A DNA stretch of 64,000 bases from an uncultured Poribacteria bacterium (GCA_951813565.1 OX638351.1:3296001-3360000); one strand, 5' to 3'. Shown: positions 52,716-62,633, counted from the first letter of the stretch. Made by a program: numbers and translations. Notes: generated from the letters alone by a model not told the origin.

Positions 52716-53411
52716 ATGAAAATTATATTGGTATTAGTAGGATTTGTGTTGATGATAGCCTATTCTGTTATCGGCACGAGCGACATGGCACAGGCGGAGG
52801 AAGTCTTGGGAGTAGGAACGGATTCGCTGCTCGGAGGAGACCTAACCGACCCAGAAGACGATGGTAATCCTGAAGCAGATGACGGTTACGACGCCATTTT
52901 CACTGCCAACGATGAACCTGGATTCGCTGGCGGGGAATTTGCGTTTAACGTCTTTGATAACACCCTTGGCCCCGGCAATGCCAAATGGTGCTGAGGACGT
53001 GCAGGCGGCATTCCGGAGGAAGGCCTACACATTACAGCTGAGTTTGAGGAGCCGTACGCATTGACACACTTCACCGTATCTTCAGCGAACGATGTTCCTG
53101 CGAGGGACCCTACAGTGTGGGAGGTTCAGGGGTCGAACGACGGCGAAGATTTTACGACTATCTATGCTCACGACGGGGACAGTTTTTGGGATCAGCGACT
53201 GCAAGTCGTCCTTTTTGAGGCAGGGGTAGATTACGACGTTCAAAAAATCGGATATCGGTTTTTTCGGCATGTTACTTTTGACACCGTAGCGAACCCGGCT
53301 GGGGCGTACTTTCAAATTGGCGAAATTGAGTACTTCGGCGATGATAGTTATCCCGTAGACCCTAAAGCCAAGGTCACAACCACATGGGGAAGCATCAAAA
53401 ACATCCGATAA
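52716..53411 (+). CDS. Secreted discoidin/F5-8-type-C-like protein with in-frame TGA (candidate selenoprotein, 231 aa, C92-U93)
   Basis: ORFs 52590-52994 and 53061-53411 are in the same frame, separated by one TGA; AGGAGG RBS; signal peptide; SANDVPARDP..WEVQGSNDG; C-terminal KVTTTWGSIK. Confidence 0.75.
52999..53030 (+). promoter_or_regulatory. Putative bacterial SECIS hairpin
   Basis: GTG-C-AGGC-GGCA-TTCC-[GGA]-GGAA-G-GCCT-A-CAC; G-starting loop 21 nt after the UGA. Confidence 0.6.
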
Positions 53412-53433
53412 ACACAAATATCGGACATTTTCT

Positions 53434-53476
53434 AAATCGGCTTGAATCCAGTAATAACTTGGTTTGAGCCGATTTT
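53434..53476 (+). terminator. Terminator-like hairpin
   Basis: AAATCGGCTTGAATCCA...TGGTTTGAGCCGATTTT. Confidence 0.6.
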
Positions 53477-53573
53477 CATATCTGCTTGAAACCGTATGGA
53501 CTATACTGGTGAGGACCTTTTTGATTTTGAACCGCGAAAATCTTCATGCTCATATTGATTATGAGTTTATAAC

Positions 53574-53957
53574 ATGGAATTCCTCAATGACCATCGTGCT
53601 TGGAAGCAGAATGATACTAATCCTCCGTTTGGTGCGGTAAAAATCGGCACTTGGTACTGGATGAAGGCTGAAATATCAGACGATGGTTTTACGGGCAAAA
53701 TCTGGGAAGATGGCGAAGCAGAACCGAGAGATTGGCTCCTTGAAAGCGCACTTGGTTTTGGTGGTCTTAGACCGAAAAGTGGTCAAGTGGGTCTAAATGG
53801 AGGATCAAGCAGTGATCCGCCTGGGCTTACGGTTGTATCATTTGATAATTGGACGATCTGCGAAACAGCTGATGAGTGCACACCGGATGAGATTCTTGCT
53901 GTTCAAGCAGCTGGCAAACTTCCAACGGTTTGGGGAGTACTCAAAGCGCACTATTAA
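53574..53957 (+). pseudogene. Probable 3' fragment of a secreted beta-sandwich protein
   Basis: No signal peptide or clear RBS; GTWYWMKAEI...GQVGL...FDNW; C-terminal AVQAAGKLPTVWGVLK. Confidence 0.55.
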
Positions 53958-54047
53958 AGGTCGTGCCACAAAATTGACATACTTCAAGTCTAAAGCCTTG
54001 GAATTCTATAGGATCCCAAGGCTTTAAATTTGCAGATTGCAGAGCAT

Positions 54048-54893
54048 TCAAAATTGTAGTTCAGCAGAGATAAAATCCGAAGCGAAACGTTCTTCATAAA
54101 TTCGGGCGTAATTTATATATACATCAATAATTCGCAGGCCAACACCACCAGTTAAAGCACCGTTTGAACTGCCAACCCGTAGAGAAAAAAACGATGACGG
54201 AGTCCATTCGACACCGAAATAAAACTCCGGTTCTGCATCTTCGGTAGAGAGGGCAATGTCTGCGGAGAATTGATATGAAGTATAACGATAGGCGATGCCG
54301 AGTGTCACCCATTGAATACCGCGTCCGTCAAGGTTTTGCAACAGACATCCGAATTTGAGTTCTGGACGCGGTTTGAAAAGCAAACCGATGTCGTAAGAGG
54401 TATGGTATCCAAAGAATTGGTAATAATCGGACGGGTGCTGTCGTTTGAATTTGAGGCTTAATCCTGCAGCAAAATACGCACCGAGTTGACGTGCAAAACT
54501 ATAGTAATTAAAGTCAGGAATGCCATTTGCCACGTCAATAGCAATCTTATTTCCCCAATAGAGACTGTAGCCGCGCCAACTATAGCCAACACCTTTCGGA
54601 TCGAACCGATAATAGTGTCGATCATGAAACTTGGTAACACCGAAAAGCTTAACACCCTGCCACTGAATTAATCCTGCAGGATTCCAAAAACCGGCGGTCC
54701 CATCGTCAGCGACAGCAGTAAAAGCATTCCCCATCGCCAATGCGCGAGCACCTACATAAAGCGGACGCGCCGTTTCAAAAGGAAATTCTGTCTGTCCTAA
54801 AACAGGTGCCGTTAGAAAAAGAAAACAAACAGTAAAAAAACAGAAACGAGATTTCTGTAAATAACGTCCTGAACCCCCTATTTCAATCATCAC
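54048..54893 (-). CDS. PorV/FadL-like outer-membrane beta-barrel
   Basis: GARALAMGNAFTAVADD...FWNPAGL N-terminal motif; terminal Phe. Confidence 0.78.
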   Translation of the reverse strand: MMIEIGGSGRYLQKSRFCFFTVCFLFLTAPVLGQTEFPFETARPLYVGARALAMGNAFTAVADDGTAGFWNPAGLIQWQGVKLFGVTKFHDRHYYRFDPKGVGYSWRGYSLYWGNKIAIDVANGIPDFNYYSFARQLGAYFAAGLSLKFKRQHPSDYYQFFGYHTSYDIGLLFKPRPELKFGCLLQNLDGRGIQWVTLGIAYRYTSYQFSADIALSTEDAEPEFYFGVEWTPSSFFSLRVGSSNGALTGGVGLRIIDVYINYARIYEERFASDFISAELQF

Positions 54894-55431
54894 TTTCTCG
54901 GTAATTGCTTTTGAACATTTGCATGAGTCTGCATCAAAATTGTGCTATTACTTATAGATATTTTATCAAATATAGGTGAAATTGCAAGGGAAATCAGTAT
55001 TGCTCAATAGATTGCCACTAAACTTTTATACTCGAATTGCGTCAAAATTGCTAATATACTTTATCAAGAAATTTCTGCACTCAGAATTTGTTCTGAACTT
55101 TTGAAATTGATTATTGTCAAAAATAAAAGGCTTGTTAAAATTACGACTTGTGCCAGTTAAGTGAAAGTTTTGTTGTTTTTCACAATTGTTCATATTTTGG
55201 AATCAACGCCAAATACGCTTTTGGCATTTGGCCGGAGCGATCTCCGAATCGCGACACGTTTGCAGTCGGGAATCGGAGTTCCCTCCTACCTTGAGGACAG
55301 CAGCTATCGGAAAAGTTGCGGAATGCAAACCCAAACAAGAGGAACATGTGAAATATAAATATACCAAATGTTAACTGGCATAACGCGTTAAAATTACAAT
55401 TTTCTACAATATAAGTTTTAAGTTTAAGGAG

Positions 55432-56772
55432 ATGCTAATGCTTCGATGGAGAATTGGGTTTACTCTTTTCCTGTTTAGTTTGCAGTTTGTCGTAATTCTT
55501 TGTGTAAACGCACAAGAACCAGAGGAAATTGACTTATCTCAACCACTAACACTTGAACAGTGTATTCAAATGGGGTTAGAAAAGGCGACGAGTATGCGAA
55601 ATGCTCGGTTGAGTCTTGCTATTCAGGAACTACGTATAAAAAATGCACGTGCAGGTTATTTTCCTACAATTTCGTCTTCTGGACGGTATGATTTTTCTGA
55701 TCGGTTGGATTTCGGTTTTGAACGTGAGAATTACAATTTAGGATTGACAGGACGTTATACGCTTTGGGATAATGGGCAGCGTGAAGTAAATTACGCACAA
55801 GCAAAAGAAGGATTGGTATCTACAACGAGTCGGAATGAAGGAATTAAACAAGGTTTAATTCTTCAAATCACCCAAGCATATTACGACGTGCTTAAAGACA
55901 CAGAACTTGTTAAGGTTAGCTTAGACGTGTTGGAACGTTCAAGGGAAAACACAGCACAAACCGTAGCATTAGAGGAAGCAGGTGTCCTTATACCCGCTGA
56001 TGTCGCAACAGCCAGAGTGCGTGAAGCAAATAGCGAATTGGGGCTGGTAAACAATCAAAATTCACTTCAGATTTCACAAGCGACTTTGCCACGACTTATG
56101 GGGTTAGACCCTGGACTGCTAATTACCGTAGCAGTGGATGAATCCTTCCAAATGTATCTGGAACGGGGTACCATTGAGAAGATAGATATTACTGTTGAGG
56201 AAGCGATACAAGTAGCGCTTGAAAATCGTCCGGAATTTAAAGAAACCGAAGCACAAATTAAACAACAGCAATGGAGTTTGACACTTTCAAAATTGCAACG
56301 TTGGCCCCGGTTGGGTGCAGACGTGAATTATAATGTAAACCTTGATGATTACCTTCACGAACGTCAAAATTTCTCAGACTTTCGGAGTTGGAGCGTTGGC
56401 GCTTCACTCAACTTCACTCTGTTTGATAGCGGCGTTTTGGGGAATCGTGTCAAAGAATTGAACATGCAGTTAGAACAGGCACGCGAAAATGCAAGTGACT
56501 TGGAACGTTCCGTTGCACTTGGTGTCAGACAAAGCTATCTAAATCTGAAACGAAGTGAAACAGCAGTAGAAATCTCTAATACACAGGTAGTTAACGCACA
56601 ACTGAGTTTAGACGTCATCCAAGGGCGCTATAAGGTAGGGAAAGCGATTCTCCTTGAGGTGCTTGATGCGCAAACAAGTTACGCGCAAGCATTGACAAAT
56701 CAGGTGAATGCATTTTACGATTACAAAATTGCGCGAGTACGATTACAGGATGCAATGGGGGTCCTACAGTAA
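55432..56772 (+). CDS. TolC-family outer-membrane efflux protein
   Basis: LTLEQCI, AYYDVL, ALENRPE, LEVLDAQ. Confidence 0.9.
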   Translation: MLMLRWRIGFTLFLFSLQFVVILCVNAQEPEEIDLSQPLTLEQCIQMGLEKATSMRNARLSLAIQELRIKNARAGYFPTISSSGRYDFSDRLDFGFERENYNLGLTGRYTLWDNGQREVNYAQAKEGLVSTTSRNEGIKQGLILQITQAYYDVLKDTELVKVSLDVLERSRENTAQTVALEEAGVLIPADVATARVREANSELGLVNNQNSLQISQATLPRLMGLDPGLLITVAVDESFQMYLERGTIEKIDITVEEAIQVALENRPEFKETEAQIKQQQWSLTLSKLQRWPRLGADVNYNVNLDDYLHERQNFSDFRSWSVGASLNFTLFDSGVLGNRVKELNMQLEQARENASDLERSVALGVRQSYLNLKRSETAVEISNTQVVNAQLSLDVIQGRYKVGKAILLEVLDAQTSYAQALTNQVNAFYDYKIARVRLQDAMGVLQ

Positions 56773-56777
56773 TTATT

Positions 56778-58739
56778 ATGAAGATCGGCAAAAAATGGAT
56801 TATTATTGGCACAGTTGCTATCATTGTTATTGCTGTAGCAGTGATAGGGGCAACCCGAATGAACTTTGGACAAAAGAAAGATGGTGAAGAGGACAAGCGG
56901 GAAGTTGTTCGGCGCGGAGAATTCCTTGTAAAAGTCCAAGAAACTGGATATCTCCGTTCCTTTATTGAAGTAGATGTCCGGTCCAACGTGGAAGGTGAAA
57001 TAACGGAAATTCACGTTGAAGAGAGTGACCCTGTTCAAGAAGGCGATCCATTGCTCAAAATTGACGATGAGCAAATTCGAGAGGATATGAAGCAGGCAGA
57101 AGCCTACCGTGATGCGCGAAAAGCTGAACTTGAACAATCAGACCTCCGAATAAAGATTGCTGACCAACGCGAAAAAAGTGACCTGCTGCAGGCACAAAAT
57201 GCTGTTGCTAAAGCTGAAGCTAACCTCCAATCCTTTATCGCAAACAAACAACAACGCATCACTGAAGCGGAAACCCTCGTTGCCACAACGAAGAACTTAC
57301 TGAACCGAGACAAAATCTCACTGAAGCAGGGTGAAATCTCTTTAACACAAGCAAATTTAACGCTTGATCGGGCGAAAGCAAATGTAACATCCGCAAAAAT
57401 TACCTTAGAGACAACCCAATCCGAACATGAGCGCAACAAAGAACTATTTGATAAGGAATTAATTTCAGAACAAGCGTTAGAGGAATCTCAAAAACAACTT
57501 GTTTTGAAGACTTCGCAATACGAAACAGCACAAAAAGAGGTTGAATCCCAAAATGAGACCATTAAATCCCAAGATGAAAGCATCAAGGCGATGAAGGAGG
57601 CTATTCAGAGCCGAGAAGCAACGCTTGCACTTAATAAAAAGAATGTAGAAACGGTGAAAGAATCCCAAAATGCACAGGAAAAGCAACTGGAAGCGGAATT
57701 AGGAAATACACGTACCCGACTGAAGCAGACTGAAGAAACAACTGAGGAAGAAAAAGCACTCACAAAACATGCGAAAGTTAGCGCAGAAGCAAACCTGCTT
57801 CAAGCAGAAAGCCGTCTCAAATCACAGCAGGATCGATACAAATGGACAACTGTCAAAGCACCTATGTCCGGCACGATTACACGTCTTTCTGTAGAAGAGG
57901 GCGAGATTATCACTTCAGGTCGATCAGCATTTTCACGCGGTGAGGCGATCATGCGCATCGCCGACCTTTCCCAGATGATTGTCAAAACCCAAATCAATCA
58001 GGTTGAAATCGGTAGGATAAAAGAAGGACAACGCGCAGAAATACGGGTGGATAGTTTTCGCAAAAAAATCTTTAATGGTAGAGTCAGTGAAATCTCACCC
58101 AGCTCTACCCCACGTGGTCAAGGCGGTGGTGGTGTGATTACCTTTGAGGTTGATATAGAGGTAGATATACCGGATCAAGAATTTCAACTATTACCCGGAA
58201 TGTCGGCAGATGTAGATATTATTGTCTTTGAAAAACCTGATATTCTTCAGATTCCGATAGCAGCCGTGTTAAGTCCGGAGGTGTTTACTGTAAAAGCCAC
58301 AGTTGATTCAAATGCTCTTGGTCAGTTCCAGCAGGGGCAAAAAATAAAAATCCAGAACCTTATCGGCAAACAATTTGACGGACAAGTTACAAAAATTTCC
58401 CCTTCGGAAACTCGTCGCAATCTTGAAATTCTGTTTGATGAACCCCCAAAAGGTATGCGTCCTGGTCCGACAGAGATTGTCATTGTAATCTCTGAAAACA
58501 AGCGATTATCCGGTATAGAAGCAGAGATTAGGAGTGAGCGTCAACACTTTGTTAAGCTTGACACAGGCGAACCTCAGAAAAATAAAGACGGCGAAAAAGG
58601 TGTTAAAACACATATTAAAGTTGGTAGACGCAACAACACACATTTTGAAATAATTAGCGGCTTAAAAGAAGGCGATCGCGTTTTTGTCCCTTCTATGATG
58701 GAATTGACAAGGGGAGAAGAAAATAGAAATAACAGATAA
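56778..58739 (+). CDS. Periplasmic adaptor (membrane fusion protein) with very long coiled coil
   Basis: N-terminal TM, lipoyl halves (V.SNVEGEI..., VKAPMSGTI), LLPGMSADV, SGLKEGDRV. Confidence 0.88.
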   Translation: MKIGKKWIIIGTVAIIVIAVAVIGATRMNFGQKKDGEEDKREVVRRGEFLVKVQETGYLRSFIEVDVRSNVEGEITEIHVEESDPVQEGDPLLKIDDEQIREDMKQAEAYRDARKAELEQSDLRIKIADQREKSDLLQAQNAVAKAEANLQSFIANKQQRITEAETLVATTKNLLNRDKISLKQGEISLTQANLTLDRAKANVTSAKITLETTQSEHERNKELFDKELISEQALEESQKQLVLKTSQYETAQKEVESQNETIKSQDESIKAMKEAIQSREATLALNKKNVETVKESQNAQEKQLEAELGNTRTRLKQTEETTEEEKALTKHAKVSAEANLLQAESRLKSQQDRYKWTTVKAPMSGTITRLSVEEGEIITSGRSAFSRGEAIMRIADLSQMIVKTQINQVEIGRIKEGQRAEIRVDSFRKKIFNGRVSEISPSSTPRGQGGGGVITFEVDIEVDIPDQEFQLLPGMSADVDIIVFEKPDILQIPIAAVLSPEVFTVKATVDSNALGQFQQGQKIKIQNLIGKQFDGQVTKISPSETRRNLEILFDEPPKGMRPGPTEIVIVISENKRLSGIEAEIRSERQHFVKLDTGEPQKNKDGEKGVKTHIKVGRRNNTHFEIISGLKEGDRVFVPSMMELTRGEENRNNR

Positions 58740-58820
58740 CGATTGAATTTAGCAGTCTAACTTCCTATCAGTAAGTGCTGAATTCAAAACTGATGACTAC
58801 GATCAAGGCAGGGTAAATAT

Positions 58821-59501
58821 ATGTTAATAGATGTTAAAGACATAACGAAAATCTATGAGATGGGTGATGTGCAGGTGCATGCGTTACGAGGGGTTACCTT
58901 CACTGTAGAGCCAGGCGAGTTTATCGCAATTATGGGTCCCTCCGGTTCTGGCAAATCAACTATGATGGATATTTTAGGTTGCCTTGCTACTCCAACAGAT
59001 GGTGAGTATTTCTTTGAAGGTGAAGAGGTAGGTAAACTTTCGGATAACCAATTAGCAGACATCCGAAATAAAAAGATCGGATTCGTGTTTCAGTCATTCA
59101 ACCTTCTGCCGAGAACAAGTGCACTACACAACGTTGAACTCCCGCTTATCTATTCTGGCTTGGGGCGAAAAGAACGTAAGCGCAGAGCATTTGAATCTCT
59201 GGAAGCAGTCGGATTAGCTGATCGGGTTGACCACAAATCAACTGAACTGTCCGGTGGACAAGTTCAACGTGTCGCTATTGCCCGTGCGCTTGTGAATAAA
59301 CCGTCACTCGTTTTCGCAGATGAACCAACTGGAAACTTGGACACACGCTCTGGTGCCGAAATTCTTGCTATTTTTGATCGCCTTAATGAGGAGGGAAACA
59401 CCATCATCATGGTTACGCATGAACCGGAAGTTGCGGAACATGCAAGACGTGTGCTACACATTCGGGACGGCCTCATTGAGCAAGATGAAAGGCGAAACTA
59501 A
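58821..59501 (+). CDS. MacB/LolD-type ABC ATPase
   Basis: [24 protein letters not shown]. Confidence 0.93.
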   Translation: MLIDVKDITKIYEMGDVQVHALRGVTFTVEPGEFIAIMGPSGSGKSTMMDILGCLATPTDGEYFFEGEEVGKLSDNQLADIRNKKIGFVFQSFNLLPRTSALHNVELPLIYSGLGRKERKRRAFESLEAVGLADRVDHKSTELSGGQVQRVAIARALVNKPSLVFADEPTGNLDTRSGAEILAIFDRLNEEGNTIIMVTHEPEVAEHARRVLHIRDGLIEQDERRN

Positions 59502-60480
59502 CCCAAGAATCAACCGAGTCAGAATTAGCACGCCCGCTCGATTGCATTTTTCACTGATAGACTTGAACGGACAACTCGGTCGAATTGATGGCGGGTTCGG
59601 ATTAGCCATCACTGAACCGAATTTTAAGATCGTTGCCGAAGCGTCAACAGAAATTCATGTTGAATCCGCTGCTTATCGTGAGCGTGCATGTGCTATTCTG
59701 GCAAAGCTTCAAACAATCTATCAGTTCCCCGGAATTAAACTAAAATTCATCTCCGAAATCCCGACACATAGCGGCTTCGGTTCAGGAACACAACTCTCAC
59801 TTGGTATCGCTGCTGCCGTAAATATCCTTTACGATCTAAAATTAAGTGTCTTGGAGTTAGCGAATGCTGTTGGGCGTGGTGGCACTTCTGGTATTGGAGT
59901 TGCTGCGTTTGAAACTGGCGGTTTTATCCTAGATGGAGGACACCGGTACCCCGAACAGAAATCCTCTTTTCTTCCCTCTTCTGCTGCAGACGATATTTCT
60001 CCTCCCCCAATTTTATTCCAACACGCATTTCCAAAATGGCCGCTTCTTATTGTCCTGCCTAACTGTTCGCGTATTTACGGAGAAGAAGAATTAGAACTTT
60101 TCCGGACGTTGTGTCCGCAACCTCCGTCTGTTGCACCAAAGTTGTCACATCTTCTGTTGCTACAATTATTACCTGCAATCCTTGAGAAAGATATGCTTAG
60201 TTTTGGAAAGGCTTTGAACGAGATCCAAACATTCGGTTGGAAAAGAGTGGAGATTGATGCACAAGGTGCTGAATTACAGCAAACACTGGAGTTTTTACAA
60301 GCTAACGGGGCATTAGGTGCTGGCGTGAGTAGTTGGGGACCGGCGATTTGTGCTGTAAGTGAGGAAATTGAGAAGTTGAAACGGGGAACAGAAGAATATC
60401 TAACAAATTTACCAAACGGTGGTACCTGCTTTATTACCTATGCCAACAATACAGGTGCGGAAATTAGAAAAGTTGGCTAA
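59485..60480 (+). CDS. Beta-ribofuranosylaminobenzene 5'-phosphate (RFAP) synthase-like GHMP protein
   Basis: [54 protein letters not shown]. Confidence 0.85.
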   Translation: MKGETNPRINRVRISTPARLHFSLIDLNGQLGRIDGGFGLAITEPNFKIVAEASTEIHVESAAYRERACAILAKLQTIYQFPGIKLKFISEIPTHSGFGSGTQLSLGIAAAVNILYDLKLSVLELANAVGRGGTSGIGVAAFETGGFILDGGHRYPEQKSSFLPSSAADDISPPPILFQHAFPKWPLLIVLPNCSRIYGEEELELFRTLCPQPPSVAPKLSHLLLLQLLPAILEKDMLSFGKALNEIQTFGWKRVEIDAQGAELQQTLEFLQANGALGAGVSSWGPAICAVSEEIEKLKRGTEEYLTNLPNGGTCFITYANNTGAEIRKVG

Positions 60481-61027
60481 GGCACCATCGCTCTAACCAA
60501 CCTTCACTATAATTATCCGAATCATCTTTGAATTCGATTTTAAATCTTATGTATAACTAACTTCTGAAATCGGAAGTACTCCGATAGTTTTAAACTATAT
60601 ATTTCCGTGTAATACATTGGATATCGCGGGAAATACACGTTTTGCAAGGTATCCGAGGATACCCAGGGTCTATCTACCAAAGCGTGTCTACAATAGGCAC
60701 GCGCCTATTTTCTCTTTATGCAATTGTCTGCTTGGTTTGTTATGCGCTGCGACGACACGCTACCAGACAGGTTTTTTATGCTTTCCGCCTGTCATTTTTT
60801 ATCAACGCTTTTCGGCTTGCTTGAGACATATCCAAGTATCCACCGAGAATCCGTCTATCATCTCTAAAGGCACTCTTGCAGCCAAAGTGTTATGATACGT
60901 GACACATGTCAAAAACTACAGATAGAAAACTGAGATACAGACACAATCATGTCAAAAGACAAGCATAGTATTATGCCCGTAAATATAAAGAAATATATAG
61001 ATTATTAAATACTGTTACTTAACCTTA

Positions 61028-61642
61028 CTATCCTTTTCCAGAAGAATAGTAAGGATTAGTACCCGATGCATGGTCAGTTGTATCAATGACCTGCTTGATT
61101 TCTGGGAACACTTCTTGAATCATCGCTTCAATACCGTGTTTGAGTGTGACATTTGCCATGCCACAACCTTGGCACCCACCGCCCATGTGAATATAGATAG
61201 CATCATCTTCGACGTTCAAGAGTTCTATTTGCCCACCGTGTGCTGCGACAGCAGGATTAATTCGTTCGTCAATTAGTTCTTGAATCTTCTGTGCCTTCGG
61301 ATTGTCCCAAGTTGGCTTATTCGGATTTTCTATTTTAAATCCGCTTGAATTGAGGTCTTCAACATAGTCAATAACAGCGCCTTTAAGGTCTTCTGCACTT
61401 TTTGCATCAACCAAGACCTTAAAACTCCCAATGTCAAGGGCGATGTCGTCTTCCTCGGCTTCCGTAGCTAAGCCTAAACTATATTGAAAGTCGGTAGCAC
61501 TACGACCTTCAATGCTAATGCGCAGCCCTGCCACATCCACGTCTTCAGCATCAATCACAGCTTGAATTTTTTCTTGCGCGGTTTTTGTAACTTCCAATAG
61601 AGATGCTTCAGTTCCCGCGATCTTTTTAAATAAATTCTTCAT
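61028..61642 (-). CDS. nfuA: Fe-S biogenesis protein NfuA (degenerate ATC domain plus NifU-C)
   Basis: GFKIENPN, INPAVAAHGG, GGGCQGC. Confidence 0.88.
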   Translation of the reverse strand: MKNLFKKIAGTEASLLEVTKTAQEKIQAVIDAEDVDVAGLRISIEGRSATDFQYSLGLATEAEEDDIALDIGSFKVLVDAKSAEDLKGAVIDYVEDLNSSGFKIENPNKPTWDNPKAQKIQELIDERINPAVAAHGGQIELLNVEDDAIYIHMGGGCQGCGMANVTLKHGIEAMIQEVFPEIKQVIDTTDHASGTNPYYSSGKG

Positions 61643-61664
61643 AACTGCCTTTTGTGAATCCGAC

Positions 61665-62633
61665 TCAAGCGGCTGTTTGATCAACCTTGTATTCTGAGCG
61701 GAATTCACCCATTTCGTTGTAAAGGTTGCTTAACTGAGAAATTGCATAGATTTCCAACTGTCGGATGCGTTCTCGGGTTACATCAAGGGCATCTCCAATT
61801 TCCCGGAGTGTTTTCCGTTCACCATCTTCAAGCCCAAAACGCATTTTCAAAACTTGTTGCTCCCGTTCAGGGAGTTTGCTGAGGAATTGTTCTACCAAAT
61901 CATGTGTGATTAATTGTCCAATCGGTCCGTCTTCGGAAGATGTTGCTGGGTCTTCAATCAAATCTCCGAGTGTTGCAGCCGAACGTGATGAGCGTTCTTC
62001 ACCAAGTGGTAAGTCCATTGACACGGTATCCGCATTAAATGTAAGAATTTCTTCTACCTGTTGGAGGGTTAGGTCAAGTGCTTCCGCGATTTCTGCGCGT
62101 GTAGGTTCACGTTGAAGTTCTTGGCAAAGCGCCGCGTACGTTGCATCAAACTTATTCATCTTGGCAACAATATATGCTGGCAACCGAATAGAACGAGCAA
62201 AGTTATCAAGCGTCCGCATAATTGATTGCTTGATCCACCAGATAGCATAAGTACTAAACTTAAAACCCTTCCGATAATCAAATTTACCTGCTGCTTTAAT
62301 TAACCCAATATTTCCTTCCTGAATTAGGTCTTCAAGCGGGACTTTGTTTCCTTGATACTTAACCGCAATAGAAATGACAAGCCGCAAATTAGCCTGAACA
62401 AGCTCGTCGCGTGCGGCAGTATCACCAGCTTCAATTCGTTTCGCTAACTCAACTTCTTCTTCGCGAGATAATAAACGATGTCCCGCAACACTACGTAACC
62501 AACTCGTTAAAGCGCTCCTATCACTACCCTTGTAGTCGTTTGTATACCCCGTTTCTTCCGTAGGATATACTTCATCTATATATGAGTCAACACCTTCAAT
62601 GTCTTCTGTTTCACCGAAAAACTCGGTTTCCAT
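61665..62633 (-). CDS. RpoD/RpoS-type sigma-70 factor (no region 1.1)
   Basis: ANLRLVISIA, DLIQEGNIGL, FSTYAIWWIKQ, VTRERIRQ. Confidence 0.92.
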   Translation of the reverse strand: METEFFGETEDIEGVDSYIDEVYPTEETGYTNDYKGSDRSALTSWLRSVAGHRLLSREEEVELAKRIEAGDTAARDELVQANLRLVISIAVKYQGNKVPLEDLIQEGNIGLIKAAGKFDYRKGFKFSTYAIWWIKQSIMRTLDNFARSIRLPAYIVAKMNKFDATYAALCQELQREPTRAEIAEALDLTLQQVEEILTFNADTVSMDLPLGEERSSRSAATLGDLIEDPATSSEDGPIGQLITHDLVEQFLSKLPEREQQVLKMRFGLEDGERKTLREIGDALDVTRERIRQLEIYAISQLSNLYNEMGEFRSEYKVDQTAA

